Source: Nitrosopumilus sp. (lineage in GTDB: Archaea; Thermoproteota; Nitrososphaeria; Nitrososphaerales; Nitrosopumilaceae). Taken from it: a stretch of 64,000 nucleotides of DNA. The stretch's first letter is position 1; every line of letters starts with the position of its first letter. Shown here piece by piece: positions 22,796 through 32,670 of the stretch. A model generated the notes under the pieces. It was not told the origin of the DNA and searched no databases. It was given only the letters and a program-made list of their open reading frames with translations. The position numbers and the translations under genes are program-made. The stretch spans positions 224,001 to 288,000 of the forward strand of contig OZ245003.1 in assembly GCA_965223425.1 (NCBI GenBank). Reading direction: 5' to 3'.

Positions 22796-24703
22796 TTAGA
22801 TACTAGCTAATTTTTTCTTGATATTTTTTAAAAGAATTTTGTTAATTATCTCTCCAGAAGCTTTTCCTCTCAATTCCTTCATGACAATTCCCATAAGTGG
22901 ACCAACAGCTCTTTCTTTTTGATTGTTGATAATATCCTGATTTTTTTCTACTATTTTTTCAATAATGCCCTCCAACTCTGCTTCATCAACAGCCTCAATT
23001 GAAGCATTTTTCATAGCTTCTTCAACAGACTCTGATTTTCCCGCCATGATGCTTTCAAAAATCATCTCAATTGACTCTTTAGCAATTTTTCCTGTTTCTA
23101 ATAATTGAAATGCTTTACCAATCTCCTCATTTCTCAACAAGTCAGAATTTAGTCCACTTCTTTCTAAATTGGTAATTGAAGAGCAAAGAATTGACGCAAC
23201 AAATGTAGGATTAACCTTGGTATTCCCAACTATCTTCTCAAATAATTCGATATACCGTGAATCAAAAATCTGCTCTGAAAGTTGAGGATTAATTTCATAT
23301 TTTGTTTGTAATTCTTTAATGGATTCATCCCATGATTTTGGTATATTTTTTTCCGCCTCTTCTAATTCTTTTTTTACGATTACGATTGGGGGAATGTCTG
23401 TTTCAGGATACATTCTTGCAGCACCAGGTCTAGGTCGCAGGAATTTTGTTTCACCTGTCTGAGTAGCCAGCCGCGTATCTGTTGGAATGCCTTTGTCTTT
23501 AATCTGACGCATTCTTGACAAAATTTGATCAATTACAACGTCTGCTTTCTCAGATGGCGTTGCTAGTAACAAAAATGCATCATTATCATTGATACTGTAG
23601 CTTCTTCTCAAACCATCTACGTTCTTTTGTTGAATTCCATAAGCTGGTAATTCATCAGAATGAAAAACTCCTCCTAAACCAAAAAACCTAACTAATTCAG
23701 CAATGTCCTTGCCTAATCTTATGCCTGGCACCCATTCCTTACCAAACATTCCATTCAAATTTTTAAAAATTATTAAATCAATTTCATGTTTTTCTTCTAT
23801 CGATTTTTTGATAATTTTTGAATCCCATGTTTTAACCGTATCTGTAACATCAATTTTTTCATTTTGATCCTCAACAAATTTTTTATTTTTCAGCTCTTTA
23901 GAAATCTGTAATAATCCATACTGTCTTTTGGCCTCATATTCTACAACTTTTTCTAATTGTTCTAATTGTTGTACTCCCTTTACCTCGATTACCACTCCTC
24001 CTCCTTCTTTGATTGATACGTTAACATCTTGTCGGATCGAGCCCAAACCCCGCTTCACTCTTTTAGTACTTCTCAAAATTCTTCCTAAAGACAACGCAAT
24101 TTTTTTAATTTGTTTTGGGCTTACTTCAAAAGGCTCTGTTGCAATTTCAACCAAAGGAATTCCCAAACGCTCTAAACCGTATTTCCTTACTGGACCTTCG
24201 TCTCCTAAAATTTTTGCAGCATCTTCTTCAAGACAAATTGATTGAATTCCTATTTTTTGCCCTTCCACCTCATAGAATCCCCCCTGTGACACTAACATGG
24301 TGCGTTGAAATCCTGTAGTATTAGAGCCATCCACAACTGTTTTTCTCATGGGATAAATTTCGCTAAAAATATTTGATTTTAACGCAGACGCTATAACTAA
24401 TGAAATTTTTTTTGCTTCATCATCTAATTCATGAGGTGGTTCTTCATCGTATTCTACTAGACAGCTGCTTTGTGGATTGGCATAATACATTATTGCTTTT
24501 GATTTAGATTTTTCAAAAAGTGCAGCAGGATCAAATTCCCCCAACTCACTTTTTGACGCTCTTAATTTTCTCTGAAATTTTGTGAAATATTCATCTGATT
24601 CTGTTGGTGTGCAGTTACAAAACAATTTTTTATTGGTTGCAAGTTGTTGGTGAATTTCTAACCCAACTTTTAATCCAACATCATTTATGGAAAATTCTGA
24701 CAT
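22796..24703 (-). CDS. gatE: Glutamyl-tRNA(Gln) amidotransferase subunit E
   Basis: GLEIHQQL, DGSNTTGFQRT, RPRPGAARMYPETDIP. Confidence 0.97.
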   Translation of the reverse strand: MSEFSINDVGLKVGLEIHQQLATNKKLFCNCTPTESDEYFTKFQRKLRASKSELGEFDPAALFEKSKSKAIMYYANPQSSCLVEYDEEPPHELDDEAKKISLVIASALKSNIFSEIYPMRKTVVDGSNTTGFQRTMLVSQGGFYEVEGQKIGIQSICLEEDAAKILGDEGPVRKYGLERLGIPLVEIATEPFEVSPKQIKKIALSLGRILRSTKRVKRGLGSIRQDVNVSIKEGGGVVIEVKGVQQLEQLEKVVEYEAKRQYGLLQISKELKNKKFVEDQNEKIDVTDTVKTWDSKIIKKSIEEKHEIDLIIFKNLNGMFGKEWVPGIRLGKDIAELVRFFGLGGVFHSDELPAYGIQQKNVDGLRRSYSINDNDAFLLLATPSEKADVVIDQILSRMRQIKDKGIPTDTRLATQTGETKFLRPRPGAARMYPETDIPPIVIVKKELEEAEKNIPKSWDESIKELQTKYEINPQLSEQIFDSRYIELFEKIVGNTKVNPTFVASILCSSITNLERSGLNSDLLRNEEIGKAFQLLETGKIAKESIEMIFESIMAGKSESVEEAMKNASIEAVDEAELEGIIEKIVEKNQDIINNQKERAVGPLMGIVMKELRGKASGEIINKILLKNIKKKLASI

Positions 24704-24716
24704 CTTTTTCTCTCTT

Positions 24717-26006
24717 TTATCCTGATAATTCCGATGAGATGTTTTCAAGCATAATTTTCTTTATTTCATCTAGTTTCTCAAAGTTTCCCATTGCCCACAT
24801 CATTTTTACTAATGCCACTTCTGGAATCATGTTTTCTAATGGAATTATGCCTAAATCAAGCAAATCTCGCCCACTTTCGTATACTGTCATTCCAACTCTT
24901 CCATCTATACATTGAGATGTCATACCTAGAAAGATTCCTTTTTCATTTGCTTTTTTTACACTTTCATACATTGTATTTCCAACGTGGCCTAATCCGGTCC
25001 CCTCAAAAACTATTCCTCTGTATCCCATCTCAATAATCTGATCCAGTAACTTGGGACTGTATCCAGGATAATATTTTACCAAAGCCACATTTGTGTCTAG
25101 ATTAATTCTTGGTTGAAATTCATTTATTTTGAAAAAATCTTCAGTGATGTTTTTTTGAATTTGATTTTCTGCAATAATAAATGCTGGATTGCCTCCAATT
25201 GTCTGGAATGCGCCCCTTTTGCTTGTATGATTTTTTCTTACTCTTGTTCCAGCATGACATGCTATGGTATCATCGTTTTCATCTTGATGCATAGCAATGT
25301 AGACTCCTTTAGCGTTGATTTCTGTAATGAATTTTGTTGCACCAATTAAATTCAATGCTGCATCTGATGAAGCACGATCTGATGATCTTTGTGATCCAAC
25401 TAATACAATAGGAATTGGAAATCCTGCAAGTGCAAATGAAAGAAAAGATGATGTATAGTGCATTGTGTCTGTTCCGTGTGCGATGATTATTCCTGAATAG
25501 TCTGATTTGGAGTACTCGCTAATTTTTTCAGCAATTTGTAACCAATGTTCTGGCATTATGTTTTCAGAATATTCTGATAACAGAGCTTCTGCATCTATGT
25601 TTGCAATTTTAGCAAGTTCAGGAACAGACGAATTCAGCTCTTCTGCTGTTAATACAGGTGTAACTGCCCCTGTTCTATAATCTATTTTACTTGCAATTGT
25701 TCCTCCAGTTGACAATAGTAATATTTTCGGTAACCCTGAGACTTTTTCTACTTTTTCATTTTTTTCAATAGTTTTTTCTGCAGCTTGAGTTTTTTCAATC
25801 TTTTCTACTTTTTTAATTTCTAGGCCAACATTGTAGCCGTTATTTAGTTTCAAAACAATATGTCTATCATCGCCATGCTCATATCTTGGCATAACTATGC
25901 CTGAATAAGTAATATCAGACAGAATTTTGACAGAATCTCCAACCGAAATCTGATTTTTCTTTAGAAATTCTAGCGAGTCTCCATGATATCCTCTATATTC
26001 TGACAT
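24717..26006 (-). CDS. gatD: Glutamyl-tRNA(Gln) amidotransferase subunit D
   Basis: STGGTIASKIDYRTG, HGTDTM, GSQRSSDR. Confidence 0.97.
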   Translation of the reverse strand: MSEYRGYHGDSLEFLKKNQISVGDSVKILSDITYSGIVMPRYEHGDDRHIVLKLNNGYNVGLEIKKVEKIEKTQAAEKTIEKNEKVEKVSGLPKILLLSTGGTIASKIDYRTGAVTPVLTAEELNSSVPELAKIANIDAEALLSEYSENIMPEHWLQIAEKISEYSKSDYSGIIIAHGTDTMHYTSSFLSFALAGFPIPIVLVGSQRSSDRASSDAALNLIGATKFITEINAKGVYIAMHQDENDDTIACHAGTRVRKNHTSKRGAFQTIGGNPAFIIAENQIQKNITEDFFKINEFQPRINLDTNVALVKYYPGYSPKLLDQIIEMGYRGIVFEGTGLGHVGNTMYESVKKANEKGIFLGMTSQCIDGRVGMTVYESGRDLLDLGIIPLENMIPEVALVKMMWAMGNFEKLDEIKKIMLENISSELSG

Positions 26007-26422
26007 TTACGAGGATTAGATCTGTTATTTTATTAAAACTACCTTTTAGTCGGCCAGCCCCATTTATCTAAACCATTATCACTCTCAAAATGAATATTAC
26101 ACGAGTCCTCAGGTACAATTGCCGCATAGGAAAATCTTGGATTTCCTTTAATAGTATTGGCCTATTGAGGGATTTGGTATTCCTCCAGAAATCAGGCATT
26201 ATACAATGATGAAGGCATCATGTAATGACAGTACAGGTCAGCCCGATGGGGGAATGTTTTATGAAATCTTTTGAAAAATGTGAATCTGCAAGAATTAAAC
26301 AAACGGGGAATCTTCTTTCTCCATTGGCTCTATGACGGGTTTAATTTCTTGATTATACACAAGAGGTATTGTAAAAACTGCTAGAATTCCAATTATTTCA
26401 ATAATGATTAATGATCTAGTTT

Positions 26423-26922
26423 TCATTTTCTTTTTCTCCAAACAACAAAACATGGGATTATTATTGCAATTGCTAGGGGAGTAATTATGGTTCCAAGGTT
26501 GTATTGAGTTAAAATATTGTAGTATTCCCTGTAGTGTTCTATTTGACCATTCTCATCTTCATGTGAATACTCACTAAAACCCGTGACTTGTTTTGTACTA
26601 CACATATCTGTTGTACCAGTTATTCCATCATCCTTGTACGTAAAGACTTGATAGATTTCACCAATCTTGTAATTTAATGCACAACTACTTCCCCCGTATT
26701 GCTTAACTACGTACTCACCACCATGAGATATTCCCTTTTGTGGAAAAGTAATATCAAAATAAACTTCTTTGTGATAGGGTTCATTTTGTATTATTTTTGT
26801 AACAGTTCCCTGAAATGCAGCTTCTGATTCCATCAAAATTTGTAAATAATCAGGATATCCATCGCAAGAACAAGCATATGCATTATGAGGAATAAATGAA
26901 ATCAATGACAAAAAACCAACAA
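26423..26922 (-). CDS. Membrane-anchored secreted protein with TIMP/NTR-like CSC N-terminus; 5' end cut by the MITE
   Basis: Signal end AYA-CSC, FQGTV, SSCALNYKIGEIYQVF, MCSTK, C-terminal TM plus WRKRK. Confidence 0.6.
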
Positions 26923-27062
26923 CAGTCTTCCCAGAAGTACTTCGTAGAGATTACCAAGAGGAGAAACTTTCTACTACAAAGAATCACACGCACCCAGAAT
27001 CTGTAGAATCACGAGTTACTGGTTATGGTTCAGAGGAAAACTTGGTACTTCTGGGAAGACTG
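26923..27062. mobile_element. 140-bp MITE with ISH3-type ends
   Basis: Perfect 18-bp TIR CAGTCTTCCCAGAAGTAC/GTACTTCTGGGAAGACTG, identical to the IS end at 22419. Confidence 0.9.
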
Positions 27063-27322
27063 CAGAAAGATCTCCATACAATTTAGTTCCTGATTATATT
27101 GCGGAAAATGGAGATGGTGACCAAGAAAGCAATGCAATTAGAATTTTTTACAAACACAATCATTATTCTGAGCCAATTGAAAAAAGGTCTCATATTGTGT
27201 ATACACTTGCGGTAAATAAACCACATATGATGCGCGGCTTTGTAATTCCAGAGAAATATGATCTTGTTAAAAATTATCTCAAAGATGCATTTGACTATAT
27301 TATACCAGAAAGAGAAATTTAA
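27063..27322 (+). pseudogene. 3' remnant of a probable HD-domain phosphohydrolase, truncated by the MITE
   Basis: Open frame ERSPYNLVPDY...AIRIFY...PIEKRSHIVYTL...EREI* with no start; resembles YwfO-type C-termini. Confidence 0.45.
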
Positions 27323-27396
27323 TTATGAATAATATTATAACCATGTTCCTATTATTTGAAAATGTGCAAACAAATGTTCGAGGAATGTGATTAGAT

Positions 27397-27966
27397 ATGA
27401 CAATTGATAATTTAACCAAAGAAGACGTTGTACTCTCTTTGATAAAAAAGGCCACAGATTACAATGGAACAGATAGCAAGGGAATTCACGGAAAAAAGGC
27501 ATTGCAGAAAAGCCTGTATCTATTTAATCAGAAATTTGGCATATTTGGCTATAGATGGGGAGATTATGGCCCTCTATGCGGTGAAATTCAGCATATTGCA
27601 GAAGATCTAATCACACAAGGACATGTGGTAATTACTGATGTTCCTACAAAAAAACAAGAGGCAATAATTAAGAATCTTCAGACTTTAAATTTTGTATCAG
27701 ATGTAACAATTCCTGATGATGTAAATAGAGAATTAGATGAGATCGTATCCTTTGTTGCAGGCAGATCTCCTAGAGATCTAGAATTATTGGCATCTGTTCA
27801 TTTCTGGGCTGTACGTCAGCAAGAATTGATGGATGAATATTCTACGGAATATGTTTTAGAAAAATTAACAGAGCTAAAGCCTGATGCACATTTTACACAA
27901 AAGGATGTAGAATATGCAATTGATGTTTTAGAAACACATGAGTATCTAGTATCTGAAGAAAATTAA
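27397..27966 (+). CDS. YwgA/Panacea-like winged-helix protein
   Basis: GKKALQKSLYL...YRWGDYGP...EI...LELLASVHF pattern. Confidence 0.65.
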   Translation: MTIDNLTKEDVVLSLIKKATDYNGTDSKGIHGKKALQKSLYLFNQKFGIFGYRWGDYGPLCGEIQHIAEDLITQGHVVITDVPTKKQEAIIKNLQTLNFVSDVTIPDDVNRELDEIVSFVAGRSPRDLELLASVHFWAVRQQELMDEYSTEYVLEKLTELKPDAHFTQKDVEYAIDVLETHEYLVSEEN

Positions 27967-27995
27967 CACCCAAAGTTTTACTATTATCTGTATTT

Positions 27996-28181
27996 ATGAT
28001 AACGTATGTGGGTGGATTAGGAAAATGTCTCTGTTGCAAAGAATGGGTAAATCTTACAGAACATCATGACAAGGAATTAAATGTCAAGGTAATGGTTTGC
28101 AGAGACTGTCATGACATTATTGAGGAATACATCAAAGTTCAAGTAATATGTGACAAAAAAACAAAAAGAAAACGATCATGA
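27996..28181 (+). CDS. Small HNH-like Zn-finger protein
   Basis: CLCC...LTEHH...VCRDCH spacing. Confidence 0.5.
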   Translation: MITYVGGLGKCLCCKEWVNLTEHHDKELNVKVMVCRDCHDIIEEYIKVQVICDKKTKRKRS

Positions 28182-28313
28182 AAAGATCTATTGCATGTGT
28201 AAATTTTTCAATTTATTCATAATTTTGTAGATCTATGAAAAATTTTGTATTGACTATTTGTTAAGCTTCAATGAATTTCCGTTGTTATATCAGACATTAT
28301 GCATAATTGACCA

Positions 28314-28418
28314 GTCAAATTTTTTTTCTACAGCGCAAGCCATCGGGATTTTCTCTCCCTCTCCTATCAACCCCTCTGTAAATGACGTCAAATTTTTTTT
28401 TCTACAGCGCAAGCCATC
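28314..28418. repeat. Repeat-insert-repeat unit (31/32-bp duplication around 42-bp insert, period 73)
   Basis: GTCAAAT(8/9)CTACAGCGCAAGCCATC at 28314 and 28387; single copy in sister IS. Confidence 0.85.
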
Positions 28419-29172
28419 AAGATACAAAGACAGGTCCAAAAAATGACCCGTCTGGCACAAAATATACGATCACTCAACAGATCCGGGAGAATTCAAGCGC
28501 ACATGTGCGCACCATTCCAGTGCATCATGCACCCTGTATCGTACCGTCAATAGTCAAGTGACGGCCGCTTTCTTTTCGCATCCCACAGCAAACCAAAGTT
28601 TGCAAGGCCGGTACACACAACTAGTTCCTCGCGAAACTCCTCTATCGTGCCGTCGTACGGGTCTGTCATCCTTCTCTAGCTGCTCTGATGTCTCGGCCTT
28701 TTTTACCAGACGGGCCATCCTGTCTGCAGTAAGCAGGATTCCTGCCAGCACGGAATCTGCGAACCGGAGGTACCTGCACACGGTGGACTGGTCAACATCA
28801 AACAGCACACCCAGGGCATCCTGCGTCACGTTTGAGCGCCTGCGGAACAGCGCAAGCAGCAGGACGAACCTGCGGCCAGGCAGGCAGCGGTTTCCGGGAT
28901 CCGGTGTTTCGTCCTCTGAAAAGAGCGGCGCGTCTTTGCTGTGCCTCTTTGACTCTGCCACAAAGTCGTTGCAGGTGTAGTCAAACTGGTCAAGGTCATA
29001 CGGTAATCCCTGCAAGCTTTGCGCTGTTGTGCAGTATGCCGTGGATCACCTCCCTGCTGTGCAGCAGCGACGTGTCCGTATCAGGGCGGCCTGCATCTGT
29101 AACGGCCCACAGGCTGTCCTCGCGCAGCAGCTGCTACTCGCGCAGCAGGCCAATTGTCTTCTCGCGCCTGCT

Positions 29173-29424
29173 GATTGCTGCGTCCTTTTGCCTGATTGCT
29201 ATGTTGTTCTGCTTGATTGCTATGTTGTTCTGCTTGATTGCTATGTTGTTCTGCTTGATTGCTGTGTTGTTCTGCTTGATTGCTGTGTTGTTCTGCTTGA
29301 TTGCTGTGTTGTTCTGCTTGATTGCTGTGTTGTTCTGCTTGATTGCTGTGTCCTTTTGCTTGATTGCTGTGTCCTTTTGCTTGATTGCTGTGTCCTTTTG
29401 CTTGATTGCTGTGTCCTTTTGCTT
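29173..29424 (-). repeat. 21-bp tandem repeat x12 encoding heptads KQKDTAI/KQNNTAI
   Basis: Directly visible; sister copy has 3 units. Confidence 0.95.
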
Positions 29425-29603
29425 GAGCTCCCTTTGTAGCCTGCGTATAGTCTGTTCTGAAGATTCCATTACCTGTTGCGGCGATCAAAATGGATCTAAA
29501 TCTTTCGGAAAAATTTTTATGATTCAATTATGCATAAAGTCTCTTGATTCTAATTCTAGGAAGCAATGAATCTTTTTTGTCTTAATAGAATAATAATTTT
29601 TAT

Positions 29604-30557
29604 CTATTTTTGTAATCTTGATACAAGAGCTGCATAGATGAATGGCAATATTGTTGTAATTTCTGCATGAAGTGTTGCTTGTTTTGCATTCTGTGTTACT
29701 TTTCCCCATGAAATTGCTTCTTTAACCAATGCCCCACTAAGACTTCCATCAAACTCTTGTGCAGTTGTAATGTAAAACGCATAATCCATTCCATCTCTGT
29801 ATTGATTCCACCATAATGTGTGATGCTTTGATATTCCTCCACCAATCATAAATGCTCCTGATTTTTTAGCTTTGAAAATTAATCCTGAAAGTAATTCTGC
29901 ATCTCCTATCAAGTTAAGCTTGAAATCAGTATGTTTTTGTATAAACATCCAAATTTGACTTCCAACTGCTCCGTCTACAATTCCTGGAACTATGACACTA
30001 ACATCATTTTTGTATGCCCAATAGAGATATGAATCCTCTCCCAAATGTTTTCCAATCATTTTGCATATCTCGGCAGTAGTCATTTCTCTTACTCCGTTTT
30101 GATATTCTTCTTCTAAAAATTCCTGCATCTTTTCTTCAATGATTGGCCCATAACTCTCCATAGGTACCAGTACATTACCTAATCTGTGGATGTTTTGGTC
30201 TGCTAATTCTCCATCATCCATAGTAAAGGATCCTTCTTTGTAATGTGAAAAATGTCTAGCAATATCGTGATCTAATGATCCACAAGTTACCATAGCTACA
30301 TCAAACCATTTGTTTTTGATCATATCTTTAATGATCCCTCTGGTTCCAGTTGATACTATTGCTGCTACAAATGAGACAAATTTAAGACAATCTTTATCTG
30401 AAATCATTTTTGTTAAAATTTCTAATCCATCTGAAAGATTTACTGATTCAAACCCTCCTGATTTAGATAATTCTTCAAATATTTTTTCTATTGATGTATT
30501 TGTGTCAATTTCAATATCTTTTACCGGTCTACCTGGTTCTAGCACGTTTTTTTTCAT
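29604..30557 (-). CDS. Deoxyhypusine synthase
   Basis: HRLGNVLVP, PGIVDGAVG, IGGGISKHH, EFDGSLSGA...EAISWGK. Confidence 0.95.
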   Translation of the reverse strand: MKKNVLEPGRPVKDIEIDTNTSIEKIFEELSKSGGFESVNLSDGLEILTKMISDKDCLKFVSFVAAIVSTGTRGIIKDMIKNKWFDVAMVTCGSLDHDIARHFSHYKEGSFTMDDGELADQNIHRLGNVLVPMESYGPIIEEKMQEFLEEEYQNGVREMTTAEICKMIGKHLGEDSYLYWAYKNDVSVIVPGIVDGAVGSQIWMFIQKHTDFKLNLIGDAELLSGLIFKAKKSGAFMIGGGISKHHTLWWNQYRDGMDYAFYITTAQEFDGSLSGALVKEAISWGKVTQNAKQATLHAEITTILPFIYAALVSRLQK

Positions 30558-30639
30558 TGATACCAAATATAAGTTTCTACTTTGTATAAAATTAAAAAAC
30601 CACAGTTTCTGTTTTGTTAAATGATTCACCTTGATTTTC

Positions 30640-31203
30640 TATTCTTTGTTCATCTTTTCTATTTCTGGTTTTATTTTTAAAACCATTTTAAAATAATCCT
30701 TTTTGGGCTCAATACTAGCCACAAATAAGTTACTATCATCCATTGGAATGCTAATTAAAGTAACTTTGTCGCATTCTACAACTTGTTAACGTTATCATCA
30801 ATTAAAAAGCTCCAATGCATTGGAATGCTAATTAAAGTAACTTTGTCGCATTCTACAACTTGTTAACGTTATCATCAATTAAAAAGCTCCAATGCATTGG
30901 AATGCTAATTAAAGTAACTTTGTCGCATTCTACAACTGATGCTCTCTTATGCTAATTAAAGTAACTTTGTCGCATTCTACAACTGATGCTCTCTTATAAC
31001 CAATTTTATGAGACAGGTTTTGATTTCTTCCATTCTAGCATAGAGTAATGTAAAGACATTTGTAATTCACTAGGAGATAGATAATCTTCAATTCCTTCTT
31101 GTTTGATCTCATTAATTAAAACTCCTTTAGTGTTTACAACTCCTGCAAATCGCATTTTTGAATCCAATTTGATAATATTTTCACATAAATTATCATAATT
31201 CAT
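30640..31203 (-). pseudogene. Roadblock-like small protein, disrupted by frameshift and internal duplications
   Basis: IIKLDSKMRFAGVVNTKG N-terminus; C-terminal ASVVECDKVTLISIPMDDSNLFVASIEP interrupted by repeats. Confidence 0.65.
30741..30997. repeat. 43-bp repeat x3 separated by two identical 34-bp inserts (period 77), followed by a 47-bp tandem duplication
   Basis: CATTGGAATGCTAATTAAAGTAACTTTGTCGCATTCTACAACT at 30741, 30818, 30895. Confidence 0.9.
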
Positions 31204-31256
31204 TGTTGTTCAATATTAGAAATTAAATATTAAAGCTAATTAATTTAATTCGTACT

Positions 31257-31484
31257 TTATTTTATTTTAATTCCAAAAACTATTCCATAGTAATCTGTGT
31301 ATGACACATCAGTGATTTTGACATTAAATTTTTGTAAAATTTGCTCCATATACTCAAATTGTATTGTGTGTTGATTTGTTTTTATTTTGACATTTCCTTC
31401 AGTTATTACTTTTTCCCAATCAGATATGCTGTTTTCTATAAATTCGAATACTTTATCGTATTCTTCAGTCTCTTTTTCACTCAA
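31257..31484 (-). CDS. Hypothetical protein
   Basis: 75-aa ORF with host-like composition, TDVSYTDYYGIVFGI. Confidence 0.6.
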   Translation of the reverse strand: MSEKETEEYDKVFEFIENSISDWEKVITEGNVKIKTNQHTIQFEYMEQILQKFNVKITDVSYTDYYGIVFGIKIK

Positions 31485-31577
31485 ATTTATTTTTCAATGC
31501 AGGGTTGAACTTTAAATCTTCTGGAATTATTTTTATGGTAGGTATAGATAAAAACGAGTAACTTGGATTTACACTAT

Positions 31578-31802
31578 ATGGTTCACAAGCCAGATTCAGA
31601 AAGGACATTATCAGTTAAAACAAAATTACTTCTTATCGTGATAATGTTTATTGTTATCAATTTGGTTTTTTATTTTGGATTTGACTCTTCAGATGAACCA
31701 AATGAATCAGAGGAATCAATCGAAATAGATGATGCCAATCAACTATCTAATGAAAAAAGTGTTGACCTAGGTGAAGGTTTAGACATAACAATTAATCCCT
31801 AG
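31578..31802 (+). CDS. Small single-pass membrane protein
   Basis: One TM segment followed by an acidic tail. Confidence 0.55.
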   Translation: MVHKPDSERTLSVKTKLLLIVIMFIVINLVFYFGFDSSDEPNESEESIEIDDANQLSNEKSVDLGEGLDITINP

Positions 31803-32442
31803 TCTTTGTTTGTAACAGCTCGAGTTTCTGAAGTGCCGTGCCTAAATTGGATGTAAAATCTGTGATTTTGATGTGTTTTACGCATGCAACTTCATAAACT
31901 CGATCAGTTACCTTTGTTTCTATATTTTGCATAAACTGAATAAATTTAGCCTCAATTACCTCTAATCTTAAATAGAAAATTATTCTAACAGAGTAAATCA
32001 TATTCAATAATATTCTTATCTGCTCATTTATTCCAGAAAACAATACTCATGTACTTGATGTAACTTTTGAATTAGCCAAAAAATTTGACTCTAATGTTGT
32101 TTTACTTGAATGCCTTCATGCAGCTCATCTTACTTTTGGTTTATTTAAAACAAAATCAGATAAGAAAAAACAAAATAAATTACATGAAAAAACACAATTA
32201 GTGTTAGAGGAAATTGAAAAGATGGCAAAAAACTCTGCCATTTCTATTAAAACAGAAAGTGCATTTGTTGAATCATTATCTGAACGATGTTGCTGAATAT
32301 GTTAATAAGAATGACATTGATCTTTTAGTTGTAGATTCTACCCCTCCGTCAGATATTGATACTGATCATCATAAAGATATTGTAAATTGGGTTCTGTTAA
32401 CTTGACGAGTGGTAATTCTTCCTGTTAACTGTCAAGGGGTGT

Positions 32443-32670
32443 TCATTTGTCCGATTTCCTTCTATTATCTTTCTTGCATAGCAACTGGCAGTTATCCTCA
32501 ATAGTTCTACCCCCTTCAATCCAAGGGGTTATGTGATCGGCTTCCATTTCTGACAATTCAAAGTGTTCATTGCATTTTACACAATTACCCTTTTGTTTCT
32601 CATAGACTGCTAGTTTCATTGAATCTGTAAATGAACGGACTGAAAGGTGTTTTTCATCTCTTGTTAGTAT
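32443..32670 (-). pseudogene. C-terminal HNH nuclease domain (DUF262/GmrSD-HNH style), truncated by IS5-like element
   Basis: YEKQKGNCVKC...MEADHITPWIEGGRTIEDNCQLLCKKDNRRKS. Confidence 0.8.

Larger units (their letters stand above)
28292..29542 (-). mobile_element. IS5-family (DDE_Tnp_4/ISL2-like) element, copy 1, internally deleted and frameshifted
   Basis: TIRs AGACATTATGCATAATTGA / AGACTTTATGCATAATTGA; homologous to 32671-34105 but lacks the DDE core. Confidence 0.85.

Noticed and set aside
28832-29569. Cys/Leu-rich repeat ORFs (FCLIAVL, LLDCCVV, QAEQHSN)
   Set aside because: Alternative frames of the 21-bp tandem repeat.
30741-30937. Canonical CRISPR array
   Set aside because: The spacers are identical, the repeat is coding sequence of the host gene, and there is no leader or cas gene; kept only as a duplication/insertion scar.
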